The notes below the pieces were generated by a model that had not been told where the DNA came from, searched no databases, and was given only the letters and a program-made list of their open reading frames with translations. Below, piece after piece: positions 1 to 9,474 of a stretch of 26,508 nt of DNA. Each line of letters starts with the position of its first letter. Positions within the stretch are counted from its first letter, which is position 1. Made by a program: the position numbers and the translations under genes. Source of the DNA: a virus (taxonomy: Duplodnaviria > Caudoviricetes); the IMG/VR virus record IMGVR_UViG_3300044878_000211, positions 1 through 26,508 of that record; one strand, written 5' to 3'.

Positions 1-206
1 TGACCCAACGCATCACTGTGGTGCCGGCCGCTGGCCGCGCCGTCCCCGACCCGGAGGCTGGCGATCTGTTGCCGGCGGAAGGCCGGGAAGTTCCCGACAA
101 CGCCTGGTGGCGCCGCCGCCTGGCGGATGGCGACGTGACTCACGCGGCGGCCGCCGGAAAAACCACCAAAGCCGCGCGCGCGGCGCAACCTGAGGAGGCG
201 CAATAA
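1..206 (+). CDS. DUF2635 family Mu-like tail protein (5' end clipped by 1 nt)
   Basis: Window begins (A)TG ACC CAA CGC ATC ACT GTG in frame with ORF 18..206. PAAGRAVPDPE..GDLLP..G.EV..NAWW.RRLADGDV motif. Lies directly before the sheath gene. Confidence 0.85.
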   Translation, partial: TQRITVVPAAGRAVPDPEAGDLLPAEGREVPDNAWWRRRLADGDVTHAAAAGKTTKAARAAQPEEAQ

Positions 207-1702
207 TGGGCGTGCCATTCAGCAGCATCCCCGCCGATATCCGCGTGCCGCTGTTTTATGCGGAGATGGACAGTTCGGCGGCCAACAGCGCGACCTCGGC
301 CATGCGCCGCTTGATCGTGGCGCAGGTCAACAATGCGGTGGCCAGCGCTGACCTGGGCAAGCTGGTGCTGGTGTCCAGCCTGGCACTGGCCAAGGAAATC
401 GGCGGTCCAGGCTCGATGCTGGCGGCGATGTACGAGGCGTTTCGCAAGGTCGACCCGATTGGCGAAATCTGGTGCCTGCCGCTGGAAAAGGGCGCCGGTG
501 CGGCCGCCACGGCCACCGTCACCCTGACCGGTACCGCGACCGAAGCCGGGCTGCTCAACCTGTACATCGGCGGTGTGCGCGTGCAGTCGACGGTAGTCGC
601 CGCGGCCACCCCGACCGTCGCCGCGGCGGCGCTGGCGGTGAAGATCAATGCCATGCCGGACCTGCCGGTGACGGCGGCGGCGGTGGCCGGGGTGGTGACC
701 CTGACCTGCAAGTGGTCGGGTGACAGCGGCAACGACCTCAGTCTGCAGCTCAATCGCCTGGGCAAGTCCAACGGCGAGCAGACCCCGGCCGGGTTGAATG
801 CGGTCGTCACCGCACTGACTGGTGGCGTCGGCACCCCGGATGCGCTGGACGCGGTGGCCGCGCTCGGTGATGAGCCGTTCGAGTTCATCTGTCAGCCCTG
901 GACCGATACGACTTCGCTCAATGCCTGGCAGGCGGCCATGGATGACAGCGTCGGCCGCTGGAGCTGGGCCAAGCAACTGTTCGGCCACGTCTACAGCGCC
1001 AAGCGCGGCACCCTCGGCACCCTGGTGGCGGCCGGGCAGGCGCGCAACGATCAGCACGTGACTATCCAGGCGATGGAGGCGGGTGTGCCGCAGCCGTACT
1101 GGGTGCAGGCGGCGAGCCTGACCGCGCGCACCGCGGTGTTCATCTCGGCCGATGCCAGCCGCCCGACGCAAAGCGGCGCGTTGCCGGGGCTGGATCCGGC
1201 GCCGGCGAGTGAGCGTTTCACCCTGACCGAACGGCAGTCGCTGCTCAGTTATGGGCTGGCCACGGCCTACTACGAAGGCGGTTATGTGCGCATCCAGCGC
1301 TCGATCACCACCTACCAGAAAAACGCCTATGGCCAGGCCGACAACTCGTACCTGGACAGCGAGACCATGCACCAGTCGGCGTACATCATTCGCCGCCTGC
1401 AGGGTGTGATCACCAGCAAATACGGCCGGCACAAACTGGCCAACGACGGCACCCGTTTTGGCGCCGGCCAGGCCATCGTCACCCCGAGCACCATCCGCGG
1501 GGAACTGATCGCGCAATACGCCAAGCTGGAGCTCGAAGGCCACGTCGAGAACGCCGAACTGTTCGCCGAGCACCTGGTGGTCGAGCGCGACAGCAACGAC
1601 CCGAGCCGGGTCAACGTGCTGTTCCCGCCGGACTACATCAACGGCCTGCGCATTTTCGCCATGCTCAACCAGTTCCGTCTGCAGTACGACGCCGCGGCGT
1701 AA
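206..1702 (+). CDS. Contractile tail sheath protein (Mu gpL-like)
   Basis: 498 aa; IPADIRVPLFYAEMD N-terminus, YLDSET, KYGRHKLANDG, NDPSRVNVLFPPDYINGLRIFA C-terminus; GAGGAGG RBS. Confidence 0.95.
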   Translation: MGVPFSSIPADIRVPLFYAEMDSSAANSATSAMRRLIVAQVNNAVASADLGKLVLVSSLALAKEIGGPGSMLAAMYEAFRKVDPIGEIWCLPLEKGAGAAATATVTLTGTATEAGLLNLYIGGVRVQSTVVAAATPTVAAAALAVKINAMPDLPVTAAAVAGVVTLTCKWSGDSGNDLSLQLNRLGKSNGEQTPAGLNAVVTALTGGVGTPDALDAVAALGDEPFEFICQPWTDTTSLNAWQAAMDDSVGRWSWAKQLFGHVYSAKRGTLGTLVAAGQARNDQHVTIQAMEAGVPQPYWVQAASLTARTAVFISADASRPTQSGALPGLDPAPASERFTLTERQSLLSYGLATAYYEGGYVRIQRSITTYQKNAYGQADNSYLDSETMHQSAYIIRRLQGVITSKYGRHKLANDGTRFGAGQAIVTPSTIRGELIAQYAKLELEGHVENAELFAEHLVVERDSNDPSRVNVLFPPDYINGLRIFAMLNQFRLQYDAAA

Positions 1703-1720
1703 CACTCGCCATCACCCTCT

Positions 1721-1743
1721 AGCCCGCCGCGTGCGGGCTTTTT
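1721..1743 (+). terminator. Intrinsic terminator-like hairpin between sheath and tube genes
   Basis: AGCCCGC-cgcgt-GCGGGCT followed by TTTT. Confidence 0.55.
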
Positions 1744-1761
1744 CATTCTGGAGCAAAGACC

Positions 1762-2109
1762 ATGGGTCAAAGAATTGCCGGCACCGCCTACGTCAAGGTC
1801 GACGGGGCGCAGTTGACCATCAGTGGGGGTGCCGAGGCGCCGCTGATGGATAAAAAACGCGAGACGGTCGCGCCGGGCTTTTACAAGGAAGAAGAGCTGG
1901 CGCCGTACCTGAAGATGACCGCGTTACACACCCCGGACTTTCCGCTCAAGGCCCTGACGCAGGGCACGGACATGACCATCACCTGCGAGTTCAACAACGG
2001 CAAGGTCTACGTGTTGTCCGGTGCGTACCTGGTCGACGAGCCGTCCTCCAAGGGCGATGACGGCACCCTGGAGCTGCAATTCGACGGCGTTAAAGGAGTG
2101 TGGCAATGA
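1762..2109 (+). CDS. Tail tube protein (Mu gpM-like)
   Basis: 115 aa; RIAGTAYVKVDG..L, TITCEFNNGKVYVL..A; follows sheath; GGAG RBS. Confidence 0.92.
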   Translation: MGQRIAGTAYVKVDGAQLTISGGAEAPLMDKKRETVAPGFYKEEELAPYLKMTALHTPDFPLKALTQGTDMTITCEFNNGKVYVLSGAYLVDEPSSKGDDGTLELQFDGVKGVWQ

Positions 2110-2402
2110 GTGACGTAATCAAGCTGCAGGTAGCCATTCAGGCCCAGGATGAAACCCTGACCAGCCTGACCCTGCGCCGTCCGACCGTGCAGGAAGTGCG
2201 CGCGATCAAGGCGCTGCCGTACAAGATCGACAAAAACGAAGAGGTCAGCCTCGACATGGACGTGGCGGCTAAATACATCGCGGTGTGCGCGGCGATTCCG
2301 CCGTCGTCGGTCAACCAACTGGACCTGGCCGACCTCAACACCCTGAGCTGGGCCATTGCCAGTTTTTTCATGACGCCGGGATCGGCGCCGTCGACGACCT
2401 AA
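2106..2402 (+). CDS. Tail assembly chaperone (Mu gp41 / P2 gpE-like)
   Basis: ATGA overlap with tube stop; LTLRRPTVQEVR, IPPSSVNQLDLADL, ASFF; lies between tube and tape measure. Confidence 0.88.
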   Translation: MSDVIKLQVAIQAQDETLTSLTLRRPTVQEVRAIKALPYKIDKNEEVSLDMDVAAKYIAVCAAIPPSSVNQLDLADLNTLSWAIASFFMTPGSAPSTT

Positions 2403-2533
2403 TCACCGTCGCCTATGACCTGGCCTGGTTCTGGAAGGTGGACCCCGACCGGATGCTGGCCAAGCCGATGGACGTGCTGCAGGAATCGCTGCAGCACGCC
2501 CAGCGCATCAACAAGATCCAGCAGGGGGAGTGA
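2363..2533 (+). CDS. -1 frameshift extension of tail assembly chaperone (gpGT / gpE+E'-like)
   Basis: Slippery heptamer T TTT TTC at 2363-2369 in X XXY YYZ phase. The -1 frame (AYDLAWFWKVDP...) is open to the stop at 2533, overlapping the tape measure start. Confidence 0.75.
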   Translation, partial: FFHDAGIGAVDDLITVAYDLAWFWKVDPDRMLAKPMDVLQESLQHAQRINKIQQGE

Positions 2534-4557
2534 TGGCGGACAAGTTCCAGCTCAAGGCGTTAATCACGGGCGTCGACCGGCTGTCGCCGACGCTCAACGG
2601 GATCCGCAAGAACATCTCGGTGTTCAAGAAAAACCTCGACAAGACCGGGCTGGGCAAGATCAGCTTTAGCGATGTGCTGGCCGGGGGCGCCCTGGCCGCG
2701 CCGTTTGTGGCGGGGGCGATGGCCGCCATCGACTTCGAGTCGCAGATGGCCGACGTGAAGAAGGTCGTCAACTTCGACAAGCCCGAGCAGTTCAAGCAAA
2801 TGGGCGACGATATCGGTCGCCTGTCCGAGCGCCTGCCCATGGCCGCTGGCGACATTGCCAAGATCGTTGCCGCCGGCGGGCAGTCCGGGATTGCCCGCGA
2901 CGAACTGCTGGGCTTCGCCGAGGCCGCGGTGAAGATGGGCATTGCCTTTGACCAGAGCGCCGAGGAAAGCGGCGACATGATGGCCAAGTGGCGGACCTCG
3001 TTCAAAATGACCCAGGCCGACGTCGAGGGTCTGGCGGACCGCATCAACTACCTGGGCAACACCGGCCCGGCCAACACCAAGCAGATCTCCGACATCGTCA
3101 CCCGGATCGGTCCGCTCGGGGCGATTGCCGGCCTGGCGTCGGGACAAATCGCCGCCCTGGGCGCGACCATGGCCGGCGTCGGCATCGAGCAGGACGTGGC
3201 CGCCACCGGGATCAAGAACTTCATGCTGGCCCTGACCAAGGGCCGCGCGGCCACCAAGGGCCAGCAGCAGGCCTTCAAGGCGTTGCGCCTGGATTCCAAG
3301 GCGGTCGCCTCGGGCATGCAGAAAGATGCTCAGGGCACGCTGCTCGACGTGCTGACGCGGGTCAGCAAGGTCAAGGCCGAGTCGCAGGCGGGGTTGCTGA
3401 CGACCTTGTTCGGCAGCGAGTCGGTCGGGGCGATTGCGCCATTGCTGACCAACTTGGACCTGCTCAAAAGCAACCTGCAGAAGGTCACCGACGAGAAGGA
3501 ATACGGCGGCTCCATGGACAAGGAGTATCAGTCCAGGGCCGCGACCACGGCGAACAACCTGCAGCTGCTGCGTAACGCGGCCGCGAGTGTCTCGCGGGCC
3601 ATCGGTGACGCGATGCTGCCGGCGGTCAATACGGTGGCCTCGGCGCTGCGGCCGATGGCATCGCAGGTGGCGCAAATCATTCAGGCCAATCCGGGCCTGG
3701 TCCGCGGCCTGGCGATTGCCGGCGCGGCCTTCACGGCCATTCGCCTGGCGGTGTTCGGCGCGACGGTCGCGGTGCGCCTGCTCGGGGTGGCGTTTGCGGC
3801 CACGCCCATCGGCATTGCGGCGGTGGCGATTGCCGCTGCAGCGGGGCTGATTGTGGCCAACTGGTCGACCCTGGCCCCGTACTTCGAGGCCTTGTGGGCG
3901 AAAATCAAAGGCCCGGCGATGGTGGTCTGGGGCTGGTTCAAGCAGGCCTTTGCTTTTTCCCCGATTGGCCTGATCGTCGAGAACTGGGGGCCGCTGACCG
4001 AGTTGTTCAAGGCCTTATGGGGCGTGCTGGTGGCTGTCTCGACGCCGGTCATGGACTTTCTCGGACGCATGTTCGATTGGTCGCCGCTGGGGATGATCAT
4101 CAAGAACTGGGAGCCGATCAGCGCCTGGTTTAAAAGCCTGTGGGACAAGCTCAAGCCGATCATCGAGCCGATCATGAAGTACTTCGGCGGTGGCGAGGGC
4201 GGTGACGGCATCATTGCGACCGCGACCAACAAGGCTAATGCGTTTGCCGAAGAGCAGCGCGTGCGCAATGCCGGGGTGGGGGGGGGTGACGGCTCGTTGC
4301 TGACCGGCAAGTTCAGCGCGCAGGCCGGCTCCGGCGCGCTGCTGGGTAGTACCAGCCTGGCGGCGCAGTCGAGCAATCTGCTGCAGCAGACGGCGGCCAA
4401 TCAGGCGCAGAAGGTCGATGGCGAGATCAACGTCAATATCAACGGTGCGCCGCCTGGCACCACCGTCGAACAAGCGAAAACCAGCCAGAACGGGCTGAGC
4501 ATCAAGCCCAGCGTGGGCACCCGAACCCTTGGCGTGATGAGGCCTCAGAATGGATAA
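2533..4557 (+). CDS. Tail tape measure protein (TP901-like core)
   Basis: Ala/Gly-rich helical protein; AIDFESQMADVKKV, LADRINYLGN, LFGSE, repeated WSP(I/L)G.I..NW units. Confidence 0.93.
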   Translation: MADKFQLKALITGVDRLSPTLNGIRKNISVFKKNLDKTGLGKISFSDVLAGGALAAPFVAGAMAAIDFESQMADVKKVVNFDKPEQFKQMGDDIGRLSERLPMAAGDIAKIVAAGGQSGIARDELLGFAEAAVKMGIAFDQSAEESGDMMAKWRTSFKMTQADVEGLADRINYLGNTGPANTKQISDIVTRIGPLGAIAGLASGQIAALGATMAGVGIEQDVAATGIKNFMLALTKGRAATKGQQQAFKALRLDSKAVASGMQKDAQGTLLDVLTRVSKVKAESQAGLLTTLFGSESVGAIAPLLTNLDLLKSNLQKVTDEKEYGGSMDKEYQSRAATTANNLQLLRNAAASVSRAIGDAMLPAVNTVASALRPMASQVAQIIQANPGLVRGLAIAGAAFTAIRLAVFGATVAVRLLGVAFAATPIGIAAVAIAAAAGLIVANWSTLAPYFEALWAKIKGPAMVVWGWFKQAFAFSPIGLIVENWGPLTELFKALWGVLVAVSTPVMDFLGRMFDWSPLGMIIKNWEPISAWFKSLWDKLKPIIEPIMKYFGGGEGGDGIIATATNKANAFAEEQRVRNAGVGGGDGSLLTGKFSAQAGSGALLGSTSLAAQSSNLLQQTAANQAQKVDGEINVNINGAPPGTTVEQAKTSQNGLSIKPSVGTRTLGVMRPQNG

Positions 4558-5821
4558 GACCTGGCGCGATGCCGTATTGCCGGCGTCGTTTCGTGGGGTC
4601 AGCTTCTTGATTCCGCAGACGTCGGTACCGGTGGGCATGAAAGGCCCGCTGCATGAGTTTCCGCAACGCGACACGCCGTTTTTTGAACAGATGGGCAAGC
4701 AGGCCCAGGTGCACAAAATGACCGCCTGGGTGGTCGGTGATGACTGTTTCGAGCGCCGCGACAAGCTGATCGAGGCCCTGCAAACCCCTGGCCCCGGCGA
4801 GCTGGTGCATCCGTGGCTGGGTCGCCTGCAGGTCAAGGTCGGTGAGTGCGAGATGGGTCATGACCGCACCCAGGGCGGCATGGTCACGTTCGAGCTGACC
4901 TTCTATCCCGATCTGCCGCTGCAGTCGCCATCGACCAAGGTCAACACTCAGCAGCAGGTGGTGAAGTCCTCCACCAGCCTGCTGGACTCGTCGTTGGGCC
5001 GTTACCAGTCGGCGATGGCCAAGGTCAATACGGCGCGGCTGGGGTTGCTGCAGATGCGCAATAACCTGTCTGGGGTGTATGGGGTGATTCAGCAACAGTT
5101 CGCCCCGTTTATGGGCACATTTTCGACTCTGACCGGGTTTGTCCAGTCGTTGATGAATTCCCCCGGTTCGCTGTCGTCGCTGTTCAGCAGCTACTTCAGC
5201 ACGTTCGCCGGAAGCAACTTTTTCAGCACCAGCGGTTCCGGCCGCGGGTCCGGCGGTGGTTATCGGGCGGCGTTGGCCGAGACGGCGCAGCAAAGCCAGG
5301 CGGCCAGCGCGATTGATACGGTCAGTCCGCTGGGCAGCCAGGACACGCAGGTGGCCTCACAAGCGACGGCCAACCTGGTGCAGGACGCCTTGCTGGTGCA
5401 GATCGGTTTGATCGTCAGCGACATGCCGGTGGCTCAGCAGCCGGCGGCGCCGAATGCGGTACCGCCGGTCGAGCAGCAGGCCCTACAGCCGCTGGAGCGC
5501 CCGGAGGTGCCGGTGGCGGACGATGTCCTGGAACTGCGTGACGAGCTCAACGAAACCATTCACACCGCCGCCCTCAAGGCCGACCCGGCGCATTACCTGG
5601 TGCTGAACAACCATCGCCTGGCGTTGGTGCGGCACCTGACCGCCGTGGCGGCCTCCGGGGTGCGTCTGGTTGACGTGACCCCGCCGGAGACGTTGTCGGT
5701 GCTGGTGCTGGCGTACCGGCGCTTTGGCGATGCCACTCGCGAGGCCGAGGTGGTCCAGCGTAACCGCATTCGCCATCCCGGGTTTGTCCCCGCCCGGCCG
5801 ATCAAGATCGCCCAGAGGTAA
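4550..5821 (+). CDS. DNA circularization / tail protein (Mu gpN-like)
   Basis: WRD...PASFRGVSF, HEFPQRD, GPGELVHPWLG, C-terminal RN.IRHPGFVP. Confidence 0.92.
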   Translation: MDKTWRDAVLPASFRGVSFLIPQTSVPVGMKGPLHEFPQRDTPFFEQMGKQAQVHKMTAWVVGDDCFERRDKLIEALQTPGPGELVHPWLGRLQVKVGECEMGHDRTQGGMVTFELTFYPDLPLQSPSTKVNTQQQVVKSSTSLLDSSLGRYQSAMAKVNTARLGLLQMRNNLSGVYGVIQQQFAPFMGTFSTLTGFVQSLMNSPGSLSSLFSSYFSTFAGSNFFSTSGSGRGSGGGYRAALAETAQQSQAASAIDTVSPLGSQDTQVASQATANLVQDALLVQIGLIVSDMPVAQQPAAPNAVPPVEQQALQPLERPEVPVADDVLELRDELNETIHTAALKADPAHYLVLNNHRLALVRHLTAVAASGVRLVDVTPPETLSVLVLAYRRFGDATREAEVVQRNRIRHPGFVPARPIKIAQR

Positions 5822-5823
5822 GC

Positions 5824-6939
5824 ATGACCGACGAACAAAACGCCGTCCGCCTCACGGTCGACGGCCTGGATTACTTCGGCTGGAAATCGGTGGAGATCAC
5901 CGCCGGCCTCGAGGATCAGGCGCGCTCGTTCAATCTCAGCCTGACCTGGCAGTGGCCGGGGCAACTGGAGCGCCGGCCGGTCAGCGAAGGGTCCAAGTGC
6001 CAGGTGTACATCGGCCCGGACCTGGTGCTGACCGGCTGGGCGTTTGCCACGCCGATTGGCTACGACGACAAGCAAATCACCACCTCGATCAGTGGCCGCT
6101 CGTTGACCGCGGACCTGGTCGACTGCGCCGCGGTGAACAAGCCAGGGCAGTGGAACAACCAGAGCGTGCTGGCCATCGTCAAGGCGCTGGCGGCGCCCTA
6201 CAACATCAGCGTCAGCAGTGAAATACCCGAAGGCAGCAAACTCTCCGATCACACCATCGAGCCGGGCGAGACCGTGTTCGCCTCGATTGACCGCCTGCTG
6301 ACCCTGTTTCGGGTGTTCAGCACCGACGACGTACGCGGCATGGCGGTGCTGGCCAGCCCCGGCAGTGGTGGGCGCTGCTTTGACGCGCTGGAAGTCGGCA
6401 AGAACATCAAGTCGGCCGACGCGGCGCTGGACTTTTCCGGGGTGTTTTCCGAGTACCAGGTGCTTGGGCAAAAGAGCGGTACCGATGAGTCGTTCGGCGC
6501 CGAAGCCTCGGAGGTCTCGGCGACCCTGAGCGATGACCGGGTCAAGCGCCGGCGCGTGCAGATCATCCAGGAGTCCGGGCAGATGACCAGCGAGCTGGCC
6601 CAGGCACGGGCCAACTGGGAGCGCGGCTCGCGCATGGGCAAGGCGCTGGCCACCACTTACACGGTACACGGCTGGCGGCAGTCCAATGGTCAGCTGTGGC
6701 GGCACAACACCCTGGTGCGGGTGATCGATCCGATCATTGGTTTTGACCGCGACCTGCTGATCAGCCGCATCACCTATTCACTGAGCGATGCCGGCATGTT
6801 GGTCAAGCTGGAAGTGGCGCCGCCGGACAGTTTTGAGCCCGAACCGAAGGATCCACACAAGGCGCGCAAGGCGAAGAAGGGCGGCAAGGCCGACAACTTC
6901 GAGTACCTGCTGCCGGCTGAATACGAGAGCAAAAAATGA
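5824..6939 (+). CDS. Baseplate hub protein (Mu gpP/gp44-like)
   Basis: L.VDG..Y.GWKSVEI, ISGRSLTADLVDC, GWRQSNGQLW..N. Confidence 0.92.
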   Translation: MTDEQNAVRLTVDGLDYFGWKSVEITAGLEDQARSFNLSLTWQWPGQLERRPVSEGSKCQVYIGPDLVLTGWAFATPIGYDDKQITTSISGRSLTADLVDCAAVNKPGQWNNQSVLAIVKALAAPYNISVSSEIPEGSKLSDHTIEPGETVFASIDRLLTLFRVFSTDDVRGMAVLASPGSGGRCFDALEVGKNIKSADAALDFSGVFSEYQVLGQKSGTDESFGAEASEVSATLSDDRVKRRRVQIIQESGQMTSELAQARANWERGSRMGKALATTYTVHGWRQSNGQLWRHNTLVRVIDPIIGFDRDLLISRITYSLSDAGMLVKLEVAPPDSFEPEPKDPHKARKAKKGGKADNFEYLLPAEYESKK

Positions 6940-7445
6940 GCCTGAAAAGCATGCTGGTCCGCGGCACGGTGATCCTGGCCGACGCCGCGCGCAAACTGCA
7001 AACCCTGCAGGTGCGCCTCACCGCCGGCGAGATCAAGGACGGCGCCGAGCACTTCGAGGCCTATGGCTTCACCAGCCACCCGCAGGCTGGGGCCGAGGTG
7101 CTGACCGCCTTCCTCGGCGGCGACCGCTCGCACGCGGTGGTGCTGGTGGCCTCCGACCGCCGTTACCGGATCAAGGAACTGCAGCCGGGGGAGGTGGCGA
7201 TCTACACCGACGAAGGCGACCGCATCCATTTCAAGCGCGGGCGGATCATCGACATCGAAACCGAGACCCTCAACATCAAGGCGAGCACCGCCGTGCACTT
7301 CGATACGCCGCTGATCAGCCAGACCGGGCGCATCGAGTCCGCCGGCGACCAGGTCGCCGGCGGTATCAGTCAGATCGGCCACGAGCATGCTGACGTGCAG
7401 CCTGGCAGTGGCCAAAGCGGACCGCCTGTGGGAGGTGCCGGATGA
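6936..7445 (+). CDS. Baseplate spike protein (Mu gp45-like)
   Basis: EHFEAYGFTSHP, GGDRSH, DRRYR, GEVAIY, C-terminal H-x-H metal motif (GHEH). Confidence 0.92.
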   Translation: MSLKSMLVRGTVILADAARKLQTLQVRLTAGEIKDGAEHFEAYGFTSHPQAGAEVLTAFLGGDRSHAVVLVASDRRYRIKELQPGEVAIYTDEGDRIHFKRGRIIDIETETLNIKASTAVHFDTPLISQTGRIESAGDQVAGGISQIGHEHADVQPGSGQSGPPVGGAG

Positions 7446-7840
7446 TGACCGCTGACGAGGTGAGCGCCGATCTGACCCGTGCGGTGATTATCAGCCTGTA
7501 CACCTGGCGCCGCGCGGCCACCGATGACCCGGTCGACGATGACGAGCGTTTCGGCTGGTGGGGTGACAGTTACCCGGTGATCGCCGATGACCGCATCGGC
7601 TCACGCTTGTGGCTGCTGCGGCGAGTCAAGTTGACCGCGCAGACCCAGCGCGATGCCGAGTTCTATGCCCGCGAGGCGTTGCAGTGGCTGCTCGACGATG
7701 GCCACGTCATTGGCCTTGAGGTCAGCAGTGAACAGGTCGACCTCAACCGCCTGAACCTGCGCGCCGTGCTGACCGTCCCCGGTGGCGAGCGGCTAACGAT
7801 CAATCCTTCTTCTGCCTGGCAGGTGATTTATGCGGTTTGA
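7442..7840 (+). CDS. Baseplate protein (Mu gp46-like)
   Basis: AVIISLYTWRRA, GWWGD, IGSRLWLL.R.KL, YAREALQWL..DG. Confidence 0.92.
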   Translation: MMTADEVSADLTRAVIISLYTWRRAATDDPVDDDERFGWWGDSYPVIADDRIGSRLWLLRRVKLTAQTQRDAEFYAREALQWLLDDGHVIGLEVSSEQVDLNRLNLRAVLTVPGGERLTINPSSAWQVIYAV

Positions 7841-8873
7841 AACCCCCACGCTTCCGGTGCTGGTCGGTCGTGCCCAGGCGGATCTCGCCGGCGATGCCTT
7901 GCGCCGCTCCGATGCCCAGGTGCTGGCCCGTGCGCACGCCGGGGTGGCCTATGGGCTGTACGGTTATCTGAACTGGATGGCCGACCAGATCCTGCCGGAC
8001 ACGGCCGACGAGGAGACCCTGGAGCGGGTCGCCACCCTACGCCTGGCGCAGCCGCGCAAGGTCGCCCAGCCGGCAGAAGGCTCGGCCAGTTTCATGGCCG
8101 CGGCCGGCGCCGTGCTCGATGTCGATACCGTGCTGCAGGCCAGTGACGGGCGCACCTACAAAGTCACCACCGGGGTCACCACGGTGGCCGGGCTCAACAG
8201 CACCACGCTGCAGGCGGTGGACGCGGGCATCCTCGGCAATGCCGACGCCGGCCTGCAGTTGACCTTGGTGCAGCCGGTGGCGGGGCTGGCCAGCACCTTC
8301 ACCGTGGTGGCACCGGGCCTGGCTGGGGGCATTGCCCAGGAGAGTGTCGAGTCGCTGCGCGCGCGGGTGGTCCGTTCCTACCGGGTGATCGCCCAGGGCG
8401 GGGCGGCGGATGACTACGAGACCTGGGCGTTGGAAGTGCCGGGCATCACCCGTGCCTGGTGCCGGCGCAACTACCTGGGGCCGGGCACCGTTGGCCTGTT
8501 CGTGATGCGCGACGGGGATGTCGAGCCTGTCCCCAATCCCACGCAACTGGCGGAGGTCAAGGCTTACATCGACGCGCCGTACCGGCGGCCGGTGACGGCG
8601 GAGCTGTACGTCCTAGCGCCGGTCAAGGTACCGGTGGCGTACAGCATTCATCCGGTGCCGGACACCACGGCGACCCGTGCGGCCATCGAGCTGCAGTTGC
8701 GCGATCTGCATCAGCGCGAGGCCTCGCTCGGCGCGACCCTGTTGCGCACGCACATCGCCGAGGCGATCAGCGGCGCTGCCGGGGAAACCGATCACCAACT
8801 GGTGGCGCCGCCGGCGGATGTGGTCCCGGCCACCAACGAGCTACTGGCGTTTGGGGGTATCACATGGCTATAG
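7830..8873 (+). CDS. Baseplate J-like wedge protein (Mu gp47-like)
   Basis: QILPDTAD, ES.ESLRARV, GG...DYETWALEVPGITRAW, RPVTA. Confidence 0.93.
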   Translation: MRFETPTLPVLVGRAQADLAGDALRRSDAQVLARAHAGVAYGLYGYLNWMADQILPDTADEETLERVATLRLAQPRKVAQPAEGSASFMAAAGAVLDVDTVLQASDGRTYKVTTGVTTVAGLNSTTLQAVDAGILGNADAGLQLTLVQPVAGLASTFTVVAPGLAGGIAQESVESLRARVVRSYRVIAQGGAADDYETWALEVPGITRAWCRRNYLGPGTVGLFVMRDGDVEPVPNPTQLAEVKAYIDAPYRRPVTAELYVLAPVKVPVAYSIHPVPDTTATRAAIELQLRDLHQREASLGATLLRTHIAEAISGAAGETDHQLVAPPADVVPATNELLAFGGITWL

Positions 8874-9463
8874 CGCGCACGGCGGAGCAATACCAGCGAC
8901 AGTTGCGCGGGTTGCTGCCGGCCGGCCCGGCCTGGGATCCCGAGCTGGTCCCGGAGGTTGAGCTGGTGCTGCAGGGCGTGGCCCTGGAGTTCGCCCGCCT
9001 CGAAGGCCGCGCGGTCGAACTGCTGAATGAAATGGACCCGTCTGGCGTCAGCGAGCTGGTCCCGGCCTGGGAGGCGGTGATGGGCTTGCCGGATGCCTGC
9101 CTCGGGCTGAACCCGGCCTTTGAGGATCGCCGCCTGGCGGTGCGCCGGCGCCTGGTCGAGGTCGGTGGGCAGAGCCCGGCCTACTTCCTGGACATCGCCA
9201 TCAGCCAGGGTTACCCGAACGCCACCATTACCGAACACCGAGCGCCCCGTATGGGGCGTTCGCGTTTTGGCACGGCGCACTTTGGCACCTGGCACGCGCA
9301 GTTCATGTGGACGCTCAACACCGGCGGCCGGCAGAAGCAGGGTCGGCGCTTTGGCGTCAGCTACTGGGGGGAGCGGTTTGGCATGAATCCGGGCGACGCC
9401 CTCGAGTGCCTGATCCGCCGGCCGGCCCCTGCTCACACCGTCGTGCACATCAATTATGACTGA
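8864..9463 (+). CDS. YmfQ/DUF2313 baseplate protein (Mu gp48-like)
   Basis: True start is ATG 8864 within listed ORF 8459..9463; LLP.GPAW, WE..MGLPD.C, GGQS..YF, LEC.I....PAHT. Confidence 0.9.
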   Translation: MAIARTAEQYQRQLRGLLPAGPAWDPELVPEVELVLQGVALEFARLEGRAVELLNEMDPSGVSELVPAWEAVMGLPDACLGLNPAFEDRRLAVRRRLVEVGGQSPAYFLDIAISQGYPNATITEHRAPRMGRSRFGTAHFGTWHAQFMWTLNTGGRQKQGRRFGVSYWGERFGMNPGDALECLIRRPAPAHTVVHINYD

Positions 9464-9474
9464 GAGGTAAGAAC

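Noticed and set aside
3850-4160. Trp-containing repeats in tape measure protein
   Set aside because: Ordinary feature of tape measure proteins.
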